A stretch of DNA of 43,115 bases from an uncultured Rikenellaceae bacterium (GCA_964607105.1 CAZSJH010000002.1:1-43115); one strand, 5' to 3'. Shown: positions 27,908 through 37,126, numbered from the stretch's first letter. The notes: generated by a model from the letters alone, not told the origin. A program made the numbers and translations.

Positions 27908-28506
27908 TGGAAAGAATCCTGATCTTCATTAAACATCATCTCGCTTTCCTCTGGAGAATTATTGAATGGGGAAACGGACTTATGTTTTCTTTGTTCTTTG
28001 GTTCCAAACTGGATAGAGTATTGTCTGTTGTGTTTAGAGAATTCTCGAAACCTCCTTTTCTATACAGAGAGCTAACCCAGGCTGATGCTGATATGTTATA
28101 TGAGCTGATTAATTCACAGGAAGGCGCTGATCTTGAGTATTTTCAACCACACGGATTTGACAAAGGTTCAATAAAAAAGCAATTTAGGAATCGATCTTTC
28201 CTGATGATGGGTGTGTTTGACGAAAATAGGATGATTGGATATTTCTTCCTTCGTTTCTTTGCAAACAGGAAAAGCTTCGTAGGCAGGTTAATTGATAAGG
28301 GATACAGGGGTAAAGGAATTGGCCTGATCATGAATGATATTATGTATGAAACCTCATGGGGAATGGGATTCCGATGCCTTTCGACAATTTCAAGGAGTAA
28401 CACTGCAGTTATGAAAGCTCATTCTAAAAATCAAAGTATGAAAGTACTGAAAGAACTACAGAATGATTACCTGCTGGTTGAATTTATAAGTAAGAACACT
28501 GATTGA
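27907..28506 (+). CDS. GNAT-family N-acetyltransferase
   Basis: GRLIDKGYRGKGIGLIMNDIM (GNAT motif A, R/Q-x-x-G-x-G). I prefer the ATG at 27907 (TGATG overlap) over the track start at 27853, which would overlap the upstream gene by 55 nt. Confidence 0.65.
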   Translation: MERILIFIKHHLAFLWRIIEWGNGLMFSLFFGSKLDRVLSVVFREFSKPPFLYRELTQADADMLYELINSQEGADLEYFQPHGFDKGSIKKQFRNRSFLMMGVFDENRMIGYFFLRFFANRKSFVGRLIDKGYRGKGIGLIMNDIMYETSWGMGFRCLSTISRSNTAVMKAHSKNQSMKVLKELQNDYLLVEFISKNTD

Positions 28507-28569
28507 AAATGATCATAAGCCCAAATACTATCCATGCGTTATTAATGGAACTAAATTCAGTATAAATTA

Positions 28570-29745
28570 ATGATTGGTGTAATCATAACAGGAATACTTG
28601 TCCTGTCAATTTTAATATATCTGGTAATAGATTATTATGGCCCTGAATATATTAATCTAAAGAAGGATAATCTATTTAACAAAGAATGTTTGAGGGCTAA
28701 AGACCTGATTGTACAGGAATTTGACAGAGATGGTAATTTATGGGCTTCACGGGGTATGATTTTATATTGCCTGAAAAAAGATGATAATAAATTTATTAAG
28801 ATAGCTCATGTGCCAACGGGTTTTTCATTTTACTGGCTCAGCAACTTCAGTCTGCTCAGGCGTTACATTAATAAACCAGAGTGTATTGAAGCTACAATTA
28901 CGGGAGAAGGTCATATTTGTGCACTCTCAGCGGGTTTTATTTGGCATAGTAAACTTGGAGGAAGGTTTGAGAGAGCAATGAAATTGCCTCATTACGGGAT
29001 GAGTGTTGGAAGGGGTATTTTCAGTAATGGCTTGCTTGCAGATGGAGATAGTACTGTTTATCTGGGCGAATATTTTCGCAATACAGACAGAATCAGCGTT
29101 TTCATCTATGTAAGTGAGGATAATGGAAAAACCTGGGAGGTAGCATATGAGTTTAAACCTGGTGTTATTCGTCATATTCATGCTCTCCAGAAGGATCCAT
29201 ATACAGGTAAATTGTGGTTCTGCTCAGGTGATTATGATAATGAGTCTATGATAGGCTGGTCTGGTGATGGATTCAGGATCATAAATATAATAGGGAAGGG
29301 GAGCCAGAGCTGGAGAACTGCACAGCTGGTATTTACGGAGGAAGCTGTTTACTGGGGAGGAGATACCGGTTCAATTGATCTGGCAGGAATATACCGGTGG
29401 GATAAGGCTACAATGCAACTATCGAGGATAAGAGAGATTGATGGCGCAATATTATATGGAACAAGACTTTCGGGTGGGTTAATATTATTCAGTACAGACC
29501 GGGAAGGTTTCCCCAATGAGAATGACCATAAAACCAGATTATTGGTCGTTGATCGCAATAATGATGTTTCGGAGATAGATGTAGGAACATGGAAGCATTG
29601 GGAAAAAGGACTGCGTTATAGTTTTGCCATGCTACGTACGCCACGAAACCAGGGGAACAGGTATTTAGCTGTTTCTGTTATAAATCAAAAAGAAATTCCA
29701 ATAGGAGAACTGTTATTAATAAATGAAGAAAATTTAATTCCATAG
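28570..29745 (+). CDS. N-terminally membrane-anchored protein with a BNR/Asp-box motif (possible sialidase-like beta-propeller fold); function unknown
   Basis: Single N-terminal TM helix (MIGVIITGILVLSILIYLVIDYY). Perfect Asp-box SEDNGKTW (S-x-D-x-G-x-T-W). Beta-strand-rich composition. Confidence 0.45.
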   Translation: MIGVIITGILVLSILIYLVIDYYGPEYINLKKDNLFNKECLRAKDLIVQEFDRDGNLWASRGMILYCLKKDDNKFIKIAHVPTGFSFYWLSNFSLLRRYINKPECIEATITGEGHICALSAGFIWHSKLGGRFERAMKLPHYGMSVGRGIFSNGLLADGDSTVYLGEYFRNTDRISVFIYVSEDNGKTWEVAYEFKPGVIRHIHALQKDPYTGKLWFCSGDYDNESMIGWSGDGFRIINIIGKGSQSWRTAQLVFTEEAVYWGGDTGSIDLAGIYRWDKATMQLSRIREIDGAILYGTRLSGGLILFSTDREGFPNENDHKTRLLVVDRNNDVSEIDVGTWKHWEKGLRYSFAMLRTPRNQGNRYLAVSVINQKEIPIGELLLINEENLIP

Positions 29746-29842
29746 TTGATAAGCTGAAGGTATTGTTAAATAATTATGAATGACAAGGATATTTTAAAGC
29801 TTACTTCCCTAACAGAAATTCCGGATATAATAATCAAGGATA

Positions 29843-30718
29843 ATGAATAATATATACGCTACCAGCTGGCATGAAGCAAAGCCGCCTCCTTCAAGGATTA
29901 GTAAGAAATCAAGATATGTGCTAAGGAATATGTTGCTGTCAGTTTACTCTCGAGTAAACAAGAAACAGGATGATAAGTACCTAAGGTGTTTGTATTGTCA
30001 CTATGTGTTTGACGATCAGCGAAAAGAATTTGAGAATCTGATAACAAAGATTAAGAGGATTGGTGAATTTGTTGATACAGCAACATGTTTGGACATGATA
30101 CAGGGAAAAAGAGATATAGATAGAAGATATTTTCACCTGTCTTTTGATGATGGTTTTAGGAATCATTATACCAATGCTGTTCCATTATTGAAAAAACATA
30201 AGGTACCGGCAATATTTTTTGTCCCTTCCTCCCTGGTAGGATCCAGCTATGAAGAAACTAAACAATATTGCACGGTAACCAATCAATACAGGGCTGTAAT
30301 TGAAATGTTAAGATGGGATGACCTGAGGGATATGCTTTCGATAGGTTTTGAGATAGGTTCACATACTAAGACTCATGCCCGATTTTCTGAACTATCTGAA
30401 AACAAGTCCATGCTAAAAGATGAAATATTTGGCTCAAAAAAGGAATTAGAGGATAACCTGAATTATAAATGTGATTATATATCGTGGCCCTATGGAAGTC
30501 TGGCTGATGTAGATATTAAATCTCTTGATAATGTAAAGATGGCAGGTTATAAAGCCTGTTTCGGGGCATACAGGGGTACTCCTCTTCCAAGGGTAACTGA
30601 TATTTTTAGAATACCCAGGCACCAGGTTGAAGTGCAATGGCCCTTATCTCACATATTATATTTTACCAGGGGTAATATGGAGAAGAGAAGAGTAAGAAAT
30701 AAAATAACCTATGTTTAA
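29843..30718 (+). CDS. Polysaccharide deacetylase (CE4, NodB homology domain)
   Basis: HLSFDDGFRNHY (motif 1, DD), EIGSHTKTHARF (motif 2, H-x-x-x-H), ISWPYG (motif 3). Confidence 0.8.
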   Translation: MNNIYATSWHEAKPPPSRISKKSRYVLRNMLLSVYSRVNKKQDDKYLRCLYCHYVFDDQRKEFENLITKIKRIGEFVDTATCLDMIQGKRDIDRRYFHLSFDDGFRNHYTNAVPLLKKHKVPAIFFVPSSLVGSSYEETKQYCTVTNQYRAVIEMLRWDDLRDMLSIGFEIGSHTKTHARFSELSENKSMLKDEIFGSKKELEDNLNYKCDYISWPYGSLADVDIKSLDNVKMAGYKACFGAYRGTPLPRVTDIFRIPRHQVEVQWPLSHILYFTRGNMEKRRVRNKITYV

Positions 30719-31295
30719 AAGGGTATTTGATATAAGTGCTTCTTTATTTGGTCTGGTTCTGATAAGCCCGGTACTCTTGATTTTAGTATTAATTATTAAA
30801 TTATATATGCCCGGGCCGGTGTTATTTACCCAGAAACGAGCCGGCAGGCATGGCAAACCATTTACAATTTATAAGTTCAGAACTATGATTGTGAATCATG
30901 CCGGGAGCACTGTTTCTGTTAAAGGAGAGACCCGTATAACTACCCTGGGAGCAAGACTTCGTAAGTATAAACTCGATGAACTGCCGGAGCTCTGGAATAT
31001 TCTTATTGGCGATATGAGTTTTGTTGGTCCCAGACCCGATGTGCCTGAATATGTGGAGAAGCTCAAGGGCATAGAAAAACTGATCCTTGAACTTCGCCCG
31101 GGTTTGACCGGGCCGGCTACATTGAAATATTCAAATGAAGAGGAACTTCTTGCTTCCGTTCCTGACCCCCGGAGATTTAATGATGAAGTGCTATGGCCTG
31201 ACAAGGTAAGGATTAACCTGGAGTATTATCAGAACAGGAGTTTCTTTGGGGATATACTTATTATTTTTAAAACAGTTCTTGGGATAACACGGTGA
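30711..31295 (+). CDS. Small PglC/WcfS-like initiating phosphoglycosyl transferase (bacterial sugar transferase family)
   Basis: KRVFDISASLFGLVLISPVLLILVLIIKL re-entrant helix, PVLFTQKRAGRHGKPFTIYKFRTM, DELPELWNILIGDMSFVGPRP. 8-nt overlap with the upstream gene. Confidence 0.9.
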   Translation: MFKRVFDISASLFGLVLISPVLLILVLIIKLYMPGPVLFTQKRAGRHGKPFTIYKFRTMIVNHAGSTVSVKGETRITTLGARLRKYKLDELPELWNILIGDMSFVGPRPDVPEYVEKLKGIEKLILELRPGLTGPATLKYSNEEELLASVPDPRRFNDEVLWPDKVRINLEYYQNRSFFGDILIIFKTVLGITR

Positions 31296-31416
31296 ATAAA
31301 ATAACATTCAATAGTAAAAGAATTATTTCAATACTGTTATATATGTCTGATAACTTCTCTTTTATTCAATTTAATTTTTCAACTTTTTGCGGAACCTCGT
31401 TACCAAACAGTGAAAA

Positions 31417-32052
31417 ATGAAGTGCAAGATTACATTCATTGTAGCTTTTTTTATAATTATTGTATCATACATTACAGCCTGCCGGAATGCAGGTAACTGG
31501 TTGGTTAAAAAAGATGAGCCTGTTAATGCTGATGCTATAGTGGTACTCATGGGGAGTATACCTGACAGGGTATTACAGGCAGCTGACCTTTACCATCAGG
31601 GATTGGCTGGGAAAGTACTAATGGTGGAAACAGGTCAGGCCGATACTGATAAAGTACTTGAGGAGAGGGGTACATTCATTATGAGCAAAACCAGACTATC
31701 AAAAAATGCTGAAATCTCCCTTGGAATTCCTGCTGATAGTATCATAATTCTCCAGGGTGGTGCTAACAGCACCCAGATGGAAGCAACAATTATAAGAGAT
31801 TATATCAGGAGAATTTCAGACATCGATACCCTTCTATTGGTTTCTTCTTCTTTTCATACACATAGGGCGTCAATGATATTTAAAACAGCTTTCAGGAAAG
31901 CGGGAATGCATATAGATATTTTTTCCATTCCAAGTAAATATTCTTCATTTAATTCTGATGAATGGTGGAAAAGCAAAGAAGGAATTGAAACAGTAATGAT
32001 CGAATATCTTAAGATGGCTAATTTTATACTATTCGAGAAAAGAAAACTGTAG
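31417..32052 (+). CDS. DUF218/YdcF(ElyC)-family protein, probable lipoprotein
   Basis: Signal peptide with a lipobox-like YITAC. DAIVVLMG and LLVSSSFHTHRA motifs of the DUF218 family. Confidence 0.65.
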   Translation: MKCKITFIVAFFIIIVSYITACRNAGNWLVKKDEPVNADAIVVLMGSIPDRVLQAADLYHQGLAGKVLMVETGQADTDKVLEERGTFIMSKTRLSKNAEISLGIPADSIIILQGGANSTQMEATIIRDYIRRISDIDTLLLVSSSFHTHRASMIFKTAFRKAGMHIDIFSIPSKYSSFNSDEWWKSKEGIETVMIEYLKMANFILFEKRKL

Positions 32053-32115
32053 CATTTTACGAATTATTGCTTTTACATTTGAAGCTGTAACTCAAAACTG
32101 AACTAAATAATCAGG

Positions 32116-33264
32116 ATGACTAAAAAGAACAAACGAATCTTCCTTTCTTCACCTCACATGTCAGGTAATGAGATGAAATACATCCAGAAAGCCTTTAACC
32201 AAAACTGGATAGCCCCTCTGGGACCAAATGTGGATGGTTTTGAGAGATCACTTGCCAGTTATTGTGGCGTTAATCATGCTGCAGTATTGAGCTCGGGATC
32301 AGCTGCTATCCATCTCGCTTTGATATTACTTGGAGTTGGGAATGAAGATGAAGTAATTGCTTCTTCATTCACCTTTTCAGCTACTGTTAACCCTATAGTT
32401 TACCTTGGTGCTACCCCAGTACTGGTAGACAGCGAGCCCGGAACCTGGAACATGGACACTGGAATGCTTGAAGCTGCAATAAGAGACCGTTTAACCAAAA
32501 AAGGAAAGAAGCCCAAAGCAATTATCATGGTACATCTATACGGAATGCCGGCCAAAATGGATGAGGTTATGGCCATAGCCGATAAATATGAAATACCTGT
32601 AATTGAGGATGCAGCAGAAGCTCTGGGAAGCAGATATAATAATGAACCTGTTGGTTCATTTGGTAAAATGGCTGTGCTCTCATTCAATGGCAATAAAATA
32701 ATAACAACTTCAGGGGGAGGAGCCCTTATCTCTGATGACAGAGAATTAATAGAGAAGGCCAGGTTCCTTGCAACCCAGGCACGTGATAAAGCTCCTCACT
32801 ATCAGCATAGCCAGATTGGTTATAATTACAGGATGAGTAATGTCCTGGCTGGTATCGGAAGGGGACAGATGGAGGTAATAGATCAGAGGGTCAGGAAGAG
32901 GAGGGATAATTATAAGTTTTATTACGAAAACTTAAAGGATTATCCGGGGATCAAATTCCTGGTAGAGCCTGGAAATAAGTATTTTTCAAATTACTGGCTT
33001 ACTACCATTTTAATTGATCCAAAGGAGGCTGGAACATCACGCGAAGAAATACAGGCCGAACTTGAGAAAAATAATATTGAATCAAGGCCTTTGTGGAAGC
33101 CGATGCACCTGCAGCCTGTCTTTGAATCATGCCCGGCTTACCTGAACGGCATCTCTGAAGATTTGTTCATTCATGGGCTTTGCCTGCCCTCAGGTACCAA
33201 TATGTCAGATGAAGATCTGAATCATGTGTTGAGCGTGATCGAGAATAAACTTCTTGAAAAATAA
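32116..33264 (+). CDS. DegT/DnrJ/EryC1/StrS-family PLP-dependent sugar aminotransferase (PglE/WcfR-like)
   Basis: IFLSSPHMSGNEMKYIQKAF, VIEDAAEALGS, the SFNGNKIITTSGGGAL (PLP Lys) region, and YNYRMSNVLAGIGRGQ. Confidence 0.9.
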   Translation: MTKKNKRIFLSSPHMSGNEMKYIQKAFNQNWIAPLGPNVDGFERSLASYCGVNHAAVLSSGSAAIHLALILLGVGNEDEVIASSFTFSATVNPIVYLGATPVLVDSEPGTWNMDTGMLEAAIRDRLTKKGKKPKAIIMVHLYGMPAKMDEVMAIADKYEIPVIEDAAEALGSRYNNEPVGSFGKMAVLSFNGNKIITTSGGGALISDDRELIEKARFLATQARDKAPHYQHSQIGYNYRMSNVLAGIGRGQMEVIDQRVRKRRDNYKFYYENLKDYPGIKFLVEPGNKYFSNYWLTTILIDPKEAGTSREEIQAELEKNNIESRPLWKPMHLQPVFESCPAYLNGISEDLFIHGLCLPSGTNMSDEDLNHVLSVIENKLLEK

Positions 33265-33351
33265 TAAGCACTTTTAAGTTTGTGATTATTCATCAATTTT
33301 ATTCGTTGAGATAAATAATAATTGCAGGAATAGAATTAAATATCAGTTAAA

Positions 33352-33894
33352 ATGTCGATAAGAAGATTAATAAAACGTATCAGGAGATTTTACGCGAAAA
33401 ATGCCGGCTCAGATGCAAAAATAAAATATTACAGGAAACAGGGCATGAAGATAGGAGAAAACTGTCGTTTTGAAACAATGTCATTTTCGACTGAACCATA
33501 CCTGATTGAGATTGGGAATAAAGTAGCTATTGCAATTGGTACATTATTTATTACACATGATGCAGGTATCCGGTGCTTTAGGGATGAATTTCCCGCTGAA
33601 GATATTTTTGGTAAAATAATCATTGGTGATAATGTGTTTATAGGTTCAAACTGTACTATTTTACCTAATACTACTATAGGTAATAATTGTATAGTTGGTG
33701 CAGGAAGCGTAGTGCGGGGGAGGTTCCCTGATAATTCAGTGATAGCTGGTAATCCTGCAAAAGCAATAACTAACATGAATGTCCAGAAATTAATATACAG
33801 GCAGAATCCTGGCCGACTGAAAACGGGTTATATGTCCGATATGGATAAAAAACCTTTGATAATGAAACATTTTAAAATAGATAATATCAAATAA
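33352..33894 (+). CDS. Left-handed beta-helix (hexapeptide-repeat) acetyltransferase
   Basis: IGDNVFIGSNCTILPNTTIGNNCIVGAGSVVRGRFPDNSVIAGNPAK hexapeptide repeats. Confidence 0.8.
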   Translation: MSIRRLIKRIRRFYAKNAGSDAKIKYYRKQGMKIGENCRFETMSFSTEPYLIEIGNKVAIAIGTLFITHDAGIRCFRDEFPAEDIFGKIIIGDNVFIGSNCTILPNTTIGNNCIVGAGSVVRGRFPDNSVIAGNPAKAITNMNVQKLIYRQNPGRLKTGYMSDMDKKPLIMKHFKIDNIK

Positions 33895-33907
33895 TAAAAA
33901 GGATAAT

Positions 33908-34633
33908 ATGAGTAAGATTATTTTTCTTCACCATAGCACGGGTGAATGCATATGGGTGGGAAATACAAACCATTACATCTACCGGCTTACGAAAAAAGGA
34001 GATGTTAAGACTTATTTCAGGAAACTAAACAGGAAGGCAGGGAATAAACATTCTATAACTGAACATAACTTCCCGGCCAAAGTGCCTTACGGATGGAAAA
34101 ATTATCCTTACGATTATTATAATATCTGGGTTAAAAATGCAGGGGATACTCCCTATATGAATGAACCTACCCTTGAAATACTTACAAGGGAATATGATAT
34201 TATTATTTTTAAGCATTGTTATCCGGTAAGCATAATATTGGAAGATACCGGTCATGCTGATATTGATTCTGACGAAAAGAGGCTGGAAAATTACAAGCTT
34301 CAGTATGAAGCACTTAAAGGCAAAATGCATGAATTTCAGTCAACAAAATTTATTGTCTGGACCCCTCCGGTAAGGGTTAAAAGCGGACTGACGGAAGATC
34401 AGGCAAGAAGGACCAGGGAATTTTACAAATGGATTTTGGATGAGTGGGATGAAAAGGGGGACAATATTTTTATATGGGATTTTTATAAGTATGGAACTGA
34501 AGGTGGGCTCTATCTGAAAGATGAATACTCAAAAGGTGGTGGTGATTCCCATCCATCAAAAGAATTCTCAGGACAGTTAGCTCCGAAATTCGCAAAATTC
34601 ATAATGGATGTGGCAGAAGGGAATGTTGAATAG
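33908..34633 (+). CDS. Hypothetical protein (no confident family; possibly an esterase-like alpha/beta fold)
   Basis: 241-aa ORF, last gene of the plus-strand operon, in a tight spacing pattern. I recognise no diagnostic motif (IIFLHHSTGE near the N-terminus, GGGDSHPS near the C-terminus). Confidence 0.4.
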   Translation: MSKIIFLHHSTGECIWVGNTNHYIYRLTKKGDVKTYFRKLNRKAGNKHSITEHNFPAKVPYGWKNYPYDYYNIWVKNAGDTPYMNEPTLEILTREYDIIIFKHCYPVSIILEDTGHADIDSDEKRLENYKLQYEALKGKMHEFQSTKFIVWTPPVRVKSGLTEDQARRTREFYKWILDEWDEKGDNIFIWDFYKYGTEGGLYLKDEYSKGGGDSHPSKEFSGQLAPKFAKFIMDVAEGNVE

Positions 34634-34636
34634 ATA

Positions 34637-37126
34637 TTATTGCTTTATAAATCTCTTGGTCGCGATAATTTCTTTTCTTAAAAGTGTGAAGATATAAATA
34701 CCGGGTTTAAGATAAGACAAATCAAATTGTTTTGTTGTTTCCCCTTCTAACATGTGACCATTAAAGATGGAAGCCCCATTTGAGTTTGTAATTATTATAC
34801 TGCTGGGTTCAGCCTCGAAAGGATCATTATATGATATTGTGAAAATACCGTTATTTGGATTAGGGTAGAGTTTGAATGCATTAAGCATATTATAGTCACT
34901 GGCTACAGATATGTTAACTGTTTCTGATGTACTGACACTATTTCGGTCATCTATAGCTACTACCCTTATTGAATAATTACCCTGTCTTACATCTTTCCAG
35001 ATATAAAAAAAAGGTGGGACCATACTCTCTCCGAGTTTAATGTCTTCATTGTAAAATTCAACTTTACTTATTTTTCCATCTTCATCATCGGCTTCAGCTT
35101 CAATTAAGATTGTGGCGGGAGGTATGAATGAGCTGTTATTGTCAGGCGACAGGATTGTGATGAAAGGCAGCTGATTTATATTCACATAAACCTGCACTGA
35201 TGAAGAAGTTGTTACAGCACCGTCATTATCAGTTGCAACTGCATGTATTGAATGAGTGCCCACCCCAACATTCTTCCATACAAAGTTATAAGGAGTTGAA
35301 GTTCTTTCTCCGATCTTGGTGCCGCCATTAAAGAATTCTACTTTTCTTATTGTTCCGTCTGAGTCACTGGCTGATGTTTCGATAGTGACTGTGGCAGGGG
35401 CTATATATGAACTATTTTTTGTAGGTGAAGAGATAGAGACAACAGGTGGTGAATTGGTTTGTGGATTAGTAGATGTACTATTAACAACAACATTCACAGC
35501 CCGGGATGTAGAGGAAACATTACTATTATCAACAGCTACTGCAGTCAATGTGTAGCTGCCAGCTTCCACATTTTGCCATGTATAGGCATAGGGAGGTGAG
35601 CTAATCTGTGCAAGCCTTGTACTCCCTCTGTAGAATTCCACCCTGCTTATCGTACCGTCCGGGTCACTTGCCGTTGCCTGAATTGTAATTGTAGCAGGTT
35701 CTGAATAGGAGCTGTTGTTTACAGGATAAGTAATAGAGACAGCCGGTGGCTGATTCGCAGGTACGACATTACCACTCTTATACTCTGAATAACCTAGATC
35801 AGGAGCTGAACCATAATAGGGTATTCCAACATTAGTACCGGCATCTATTAATGAGCTTTCTGAGGACAGTTTTAAAAAATTAAGATTGGGGAGGGATCCA
35901 TCTGCCTGCCGGGGTCCACTTAAACCTGTTGAATCAAGACTGACGAAGTCCCTGTCAGTTATATTAACACCAGGAGGATTATTCCAGCTATTGTATATGT
36001 TAGTGCATACAGCGCCTGTACCAAGTTTAATCGGACCGCTTTCATTATCATAAGAAATATTGTTTATTAATGATCTGGTCAATTCCCTTTCGCTTGAACT
36101 GATTGTATTGTAGATATAGAAGCCATAAACAGGATTTGGATATTCATCATAATAACCGTTATGATAAGCTGTATTATTATACAGATGCATTTCATATGCA
36201 ATATAGCCCTGGTCATTGCTGGTAAATCCAGAAGCCCTGTTAAAAGCTGCTATACAGTTATGATAGTATCTTTTTAATGTTACCGGTGACTCATTTATCC
36301 ATCCCATCTTGAAGCCATGTCCATCACCCTCAACCCGGCCGTTATTGAATGACCAGCAATTATCATACTCGGTATAGCCAATAGATCCCGACGAAAAACC
36401 TTGATCTCCACACTTCCATGCTCTGCAACCTGTGTAATATACACTGTACTCACTATCAGTCCAGTTAAAATCTAGAAATCCTGACCCATCATTACCGGGT
36501 TGGGGATTATCTTCAGGTACTGAGGTCATGCAGTCACAATTATTCCATGAATCACAATTTATAAAATATACCTCATCACATACTGAAGTTTTGAAACCAA
36601 TACCACCAGTGTTATAAACAGCACAGTTTTCTATAACTACATTCTTTGAATTGGAGAGCCGGAATGCTCCATCAACTTCAGACGTGCCACACTTTTGCCA
36701 TACATTTCTAATTACCAGCCCTTTAAAGTGGACATAATTAACGTCATCAGCCCTGATTGCATAATTATCATTATAGGTATATCCGGCACAGGGATCAACT
36801 GCATCACAATCTAATATTGGTGTCTCACCAGGATAGGCCCAAAAACGTACTGTGTCTCCTCTTACTCCATCAGCAGTTACAGAATAACCTCTCCCAGGTG
36901 TATATGGCCAGTTAAGATCATTTATTGTCATTAGGTAAACGCCACCCCTGAAATACACAGTATCCCCTGCAGAAATATCAGCAGTGTTAAAAGCATGTCC
37001 CCATGTTGCCCATGGGTCATTTATACTGCCGGATCCATTATCATTACCATTGGGAGATACATAATAAGTCTTGGATGAAGCTATTGAGAAAATAGATAAA
37101 AAAAACAGTAAGCAGATTCCTCTCAT
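34637..37126 (-). CDS. Secreted right-handed parallel beta-helix (pectate-lyase-fold) protein with three tandem Ig-like domains and a T9SS C-terminal sorting domain
   Basis: Signal peptide MRGICLLFFLSIFSIASS. YYVSPNGNDNGSGSINDPWAT is the beta-helix N-cap motif. The middle is Cys/Asn-rich with beta-helix repeats. Three repeats of about 89 aa occupy aa 460-741. The C-terminal LYPNPNNGIFTISY...GIYIFTL...KRFIKQ is typical of the T9SS CTD. Confidence 0.85.
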   Translation of the reverse strand: MRGICLLFFLSIFSIASSKTYYVSPNGNDNGSGSINDPWATWGHAFNTADISAGDTVYFRGGVYLMTINDLNWPYTPGRGYSVTADGVRGDTVRFWAYPGETPILDCDAVDPCAGYTYNDNYAIRADDVNYVHFKGLVIRNVWQKCGTSEVDGAFRLSNSKNVVIENCAVYNTGGIGFKTSVCDEVYFINCDSWNNCDCMTSVPEDNPQPGNDGSGFLDFNWTDSEYSVYYTGCRAWKCGDQGFSSGSIGYTEYDNCWSFNNGRVEGDGHGFKMGWINESPVTLKRYYHNCIAAFNRASGFTSNDQGYIAYEMHLYNNTAYHNGYYDEYPNPVYGFYIYNTISSSERELTRSLINNISYDNESGPIKLGTGAVCTNIYNSWNNPPGVNITDRDFVSLDSTGLSGPRQADGSLPNLNFLKLSSESSLIDAGTNVGIPYYGSAPDLGYSEYKSGNVVPANQPPAVSITYPVNNSSYSEPATITIQATASDPDGTISRVEFYRGSTRLAQISSPPYAYTWQNVEAGSYTLTAVAVDNSNVSSTSRAVNVVVNSTSTNPQTNSPPVVSISSPTKNSSYIAPATVTIETSASDSDGTIRKVEFFNGGTKIGERTSTPYNFVWKNVGVGTHSIHAVATDNDGAVTTSSSVQVYVNINQLPFITILSPDNNSSFIPPATILIEAEADDEDGKISKVEFYNEDIKLGESMVPPFFYIWKDVRQGNYSIRVVAIDDRNSVSTSETVNISVASDYNMLNAFKLYPNPNNGIFTISYNDPFEAEPSSIIITNSNGASIFNGHMLEGETTKQFDLSYLKPGIYIFTLLRKEIIATKRFIKQ
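34904..35749 (-). repeat. Three tandem in-frame Ig-like domain repeats (about 267 nt each: 35483..35749, 35183..35449, 34904..35170) inside the T9SS protein gene
   Basis: Repeat pattern: P.(V/I)SI(T/S/L)(Y/S)P...NSS(Y/F).(E/A/P)PAT(I/V).I.(A/T)(T/S/E)A.D.DG.I.(R/K)VEF(Y/F)..(G/D)..(L/I)..(I/R/S)...P(Y/F).(Y/F).W(Q/K)(N/D)V..G.(Y/H)(T/S)(L/I).(A/V)VA.D. Confidence 0.85.

Noticed and set aside
29776-29850. 24-codon ORF (MNDKDILKLTSLTEIPDIIIKDNE) overlapping the start of the NodB deacetylase gene
   Set aside because: It is out of frame with the deacetylase, has no recognisable features, and is no longer than expected by chance in AT-rich intergenic DNA.
25166-33776. Several 97-115-aa minus-strand ORFs (25166..25465, 30896..31204, 32400..32693, 33429..33776)
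   Set aside because: Each lies antisense within a plus-strand gene that has strong family motifs (WbuB-like GT, PglC-like transferase, DegT, LbH acetyltransferase). None has a recognisable domain. I treat them as shadow ORFs.
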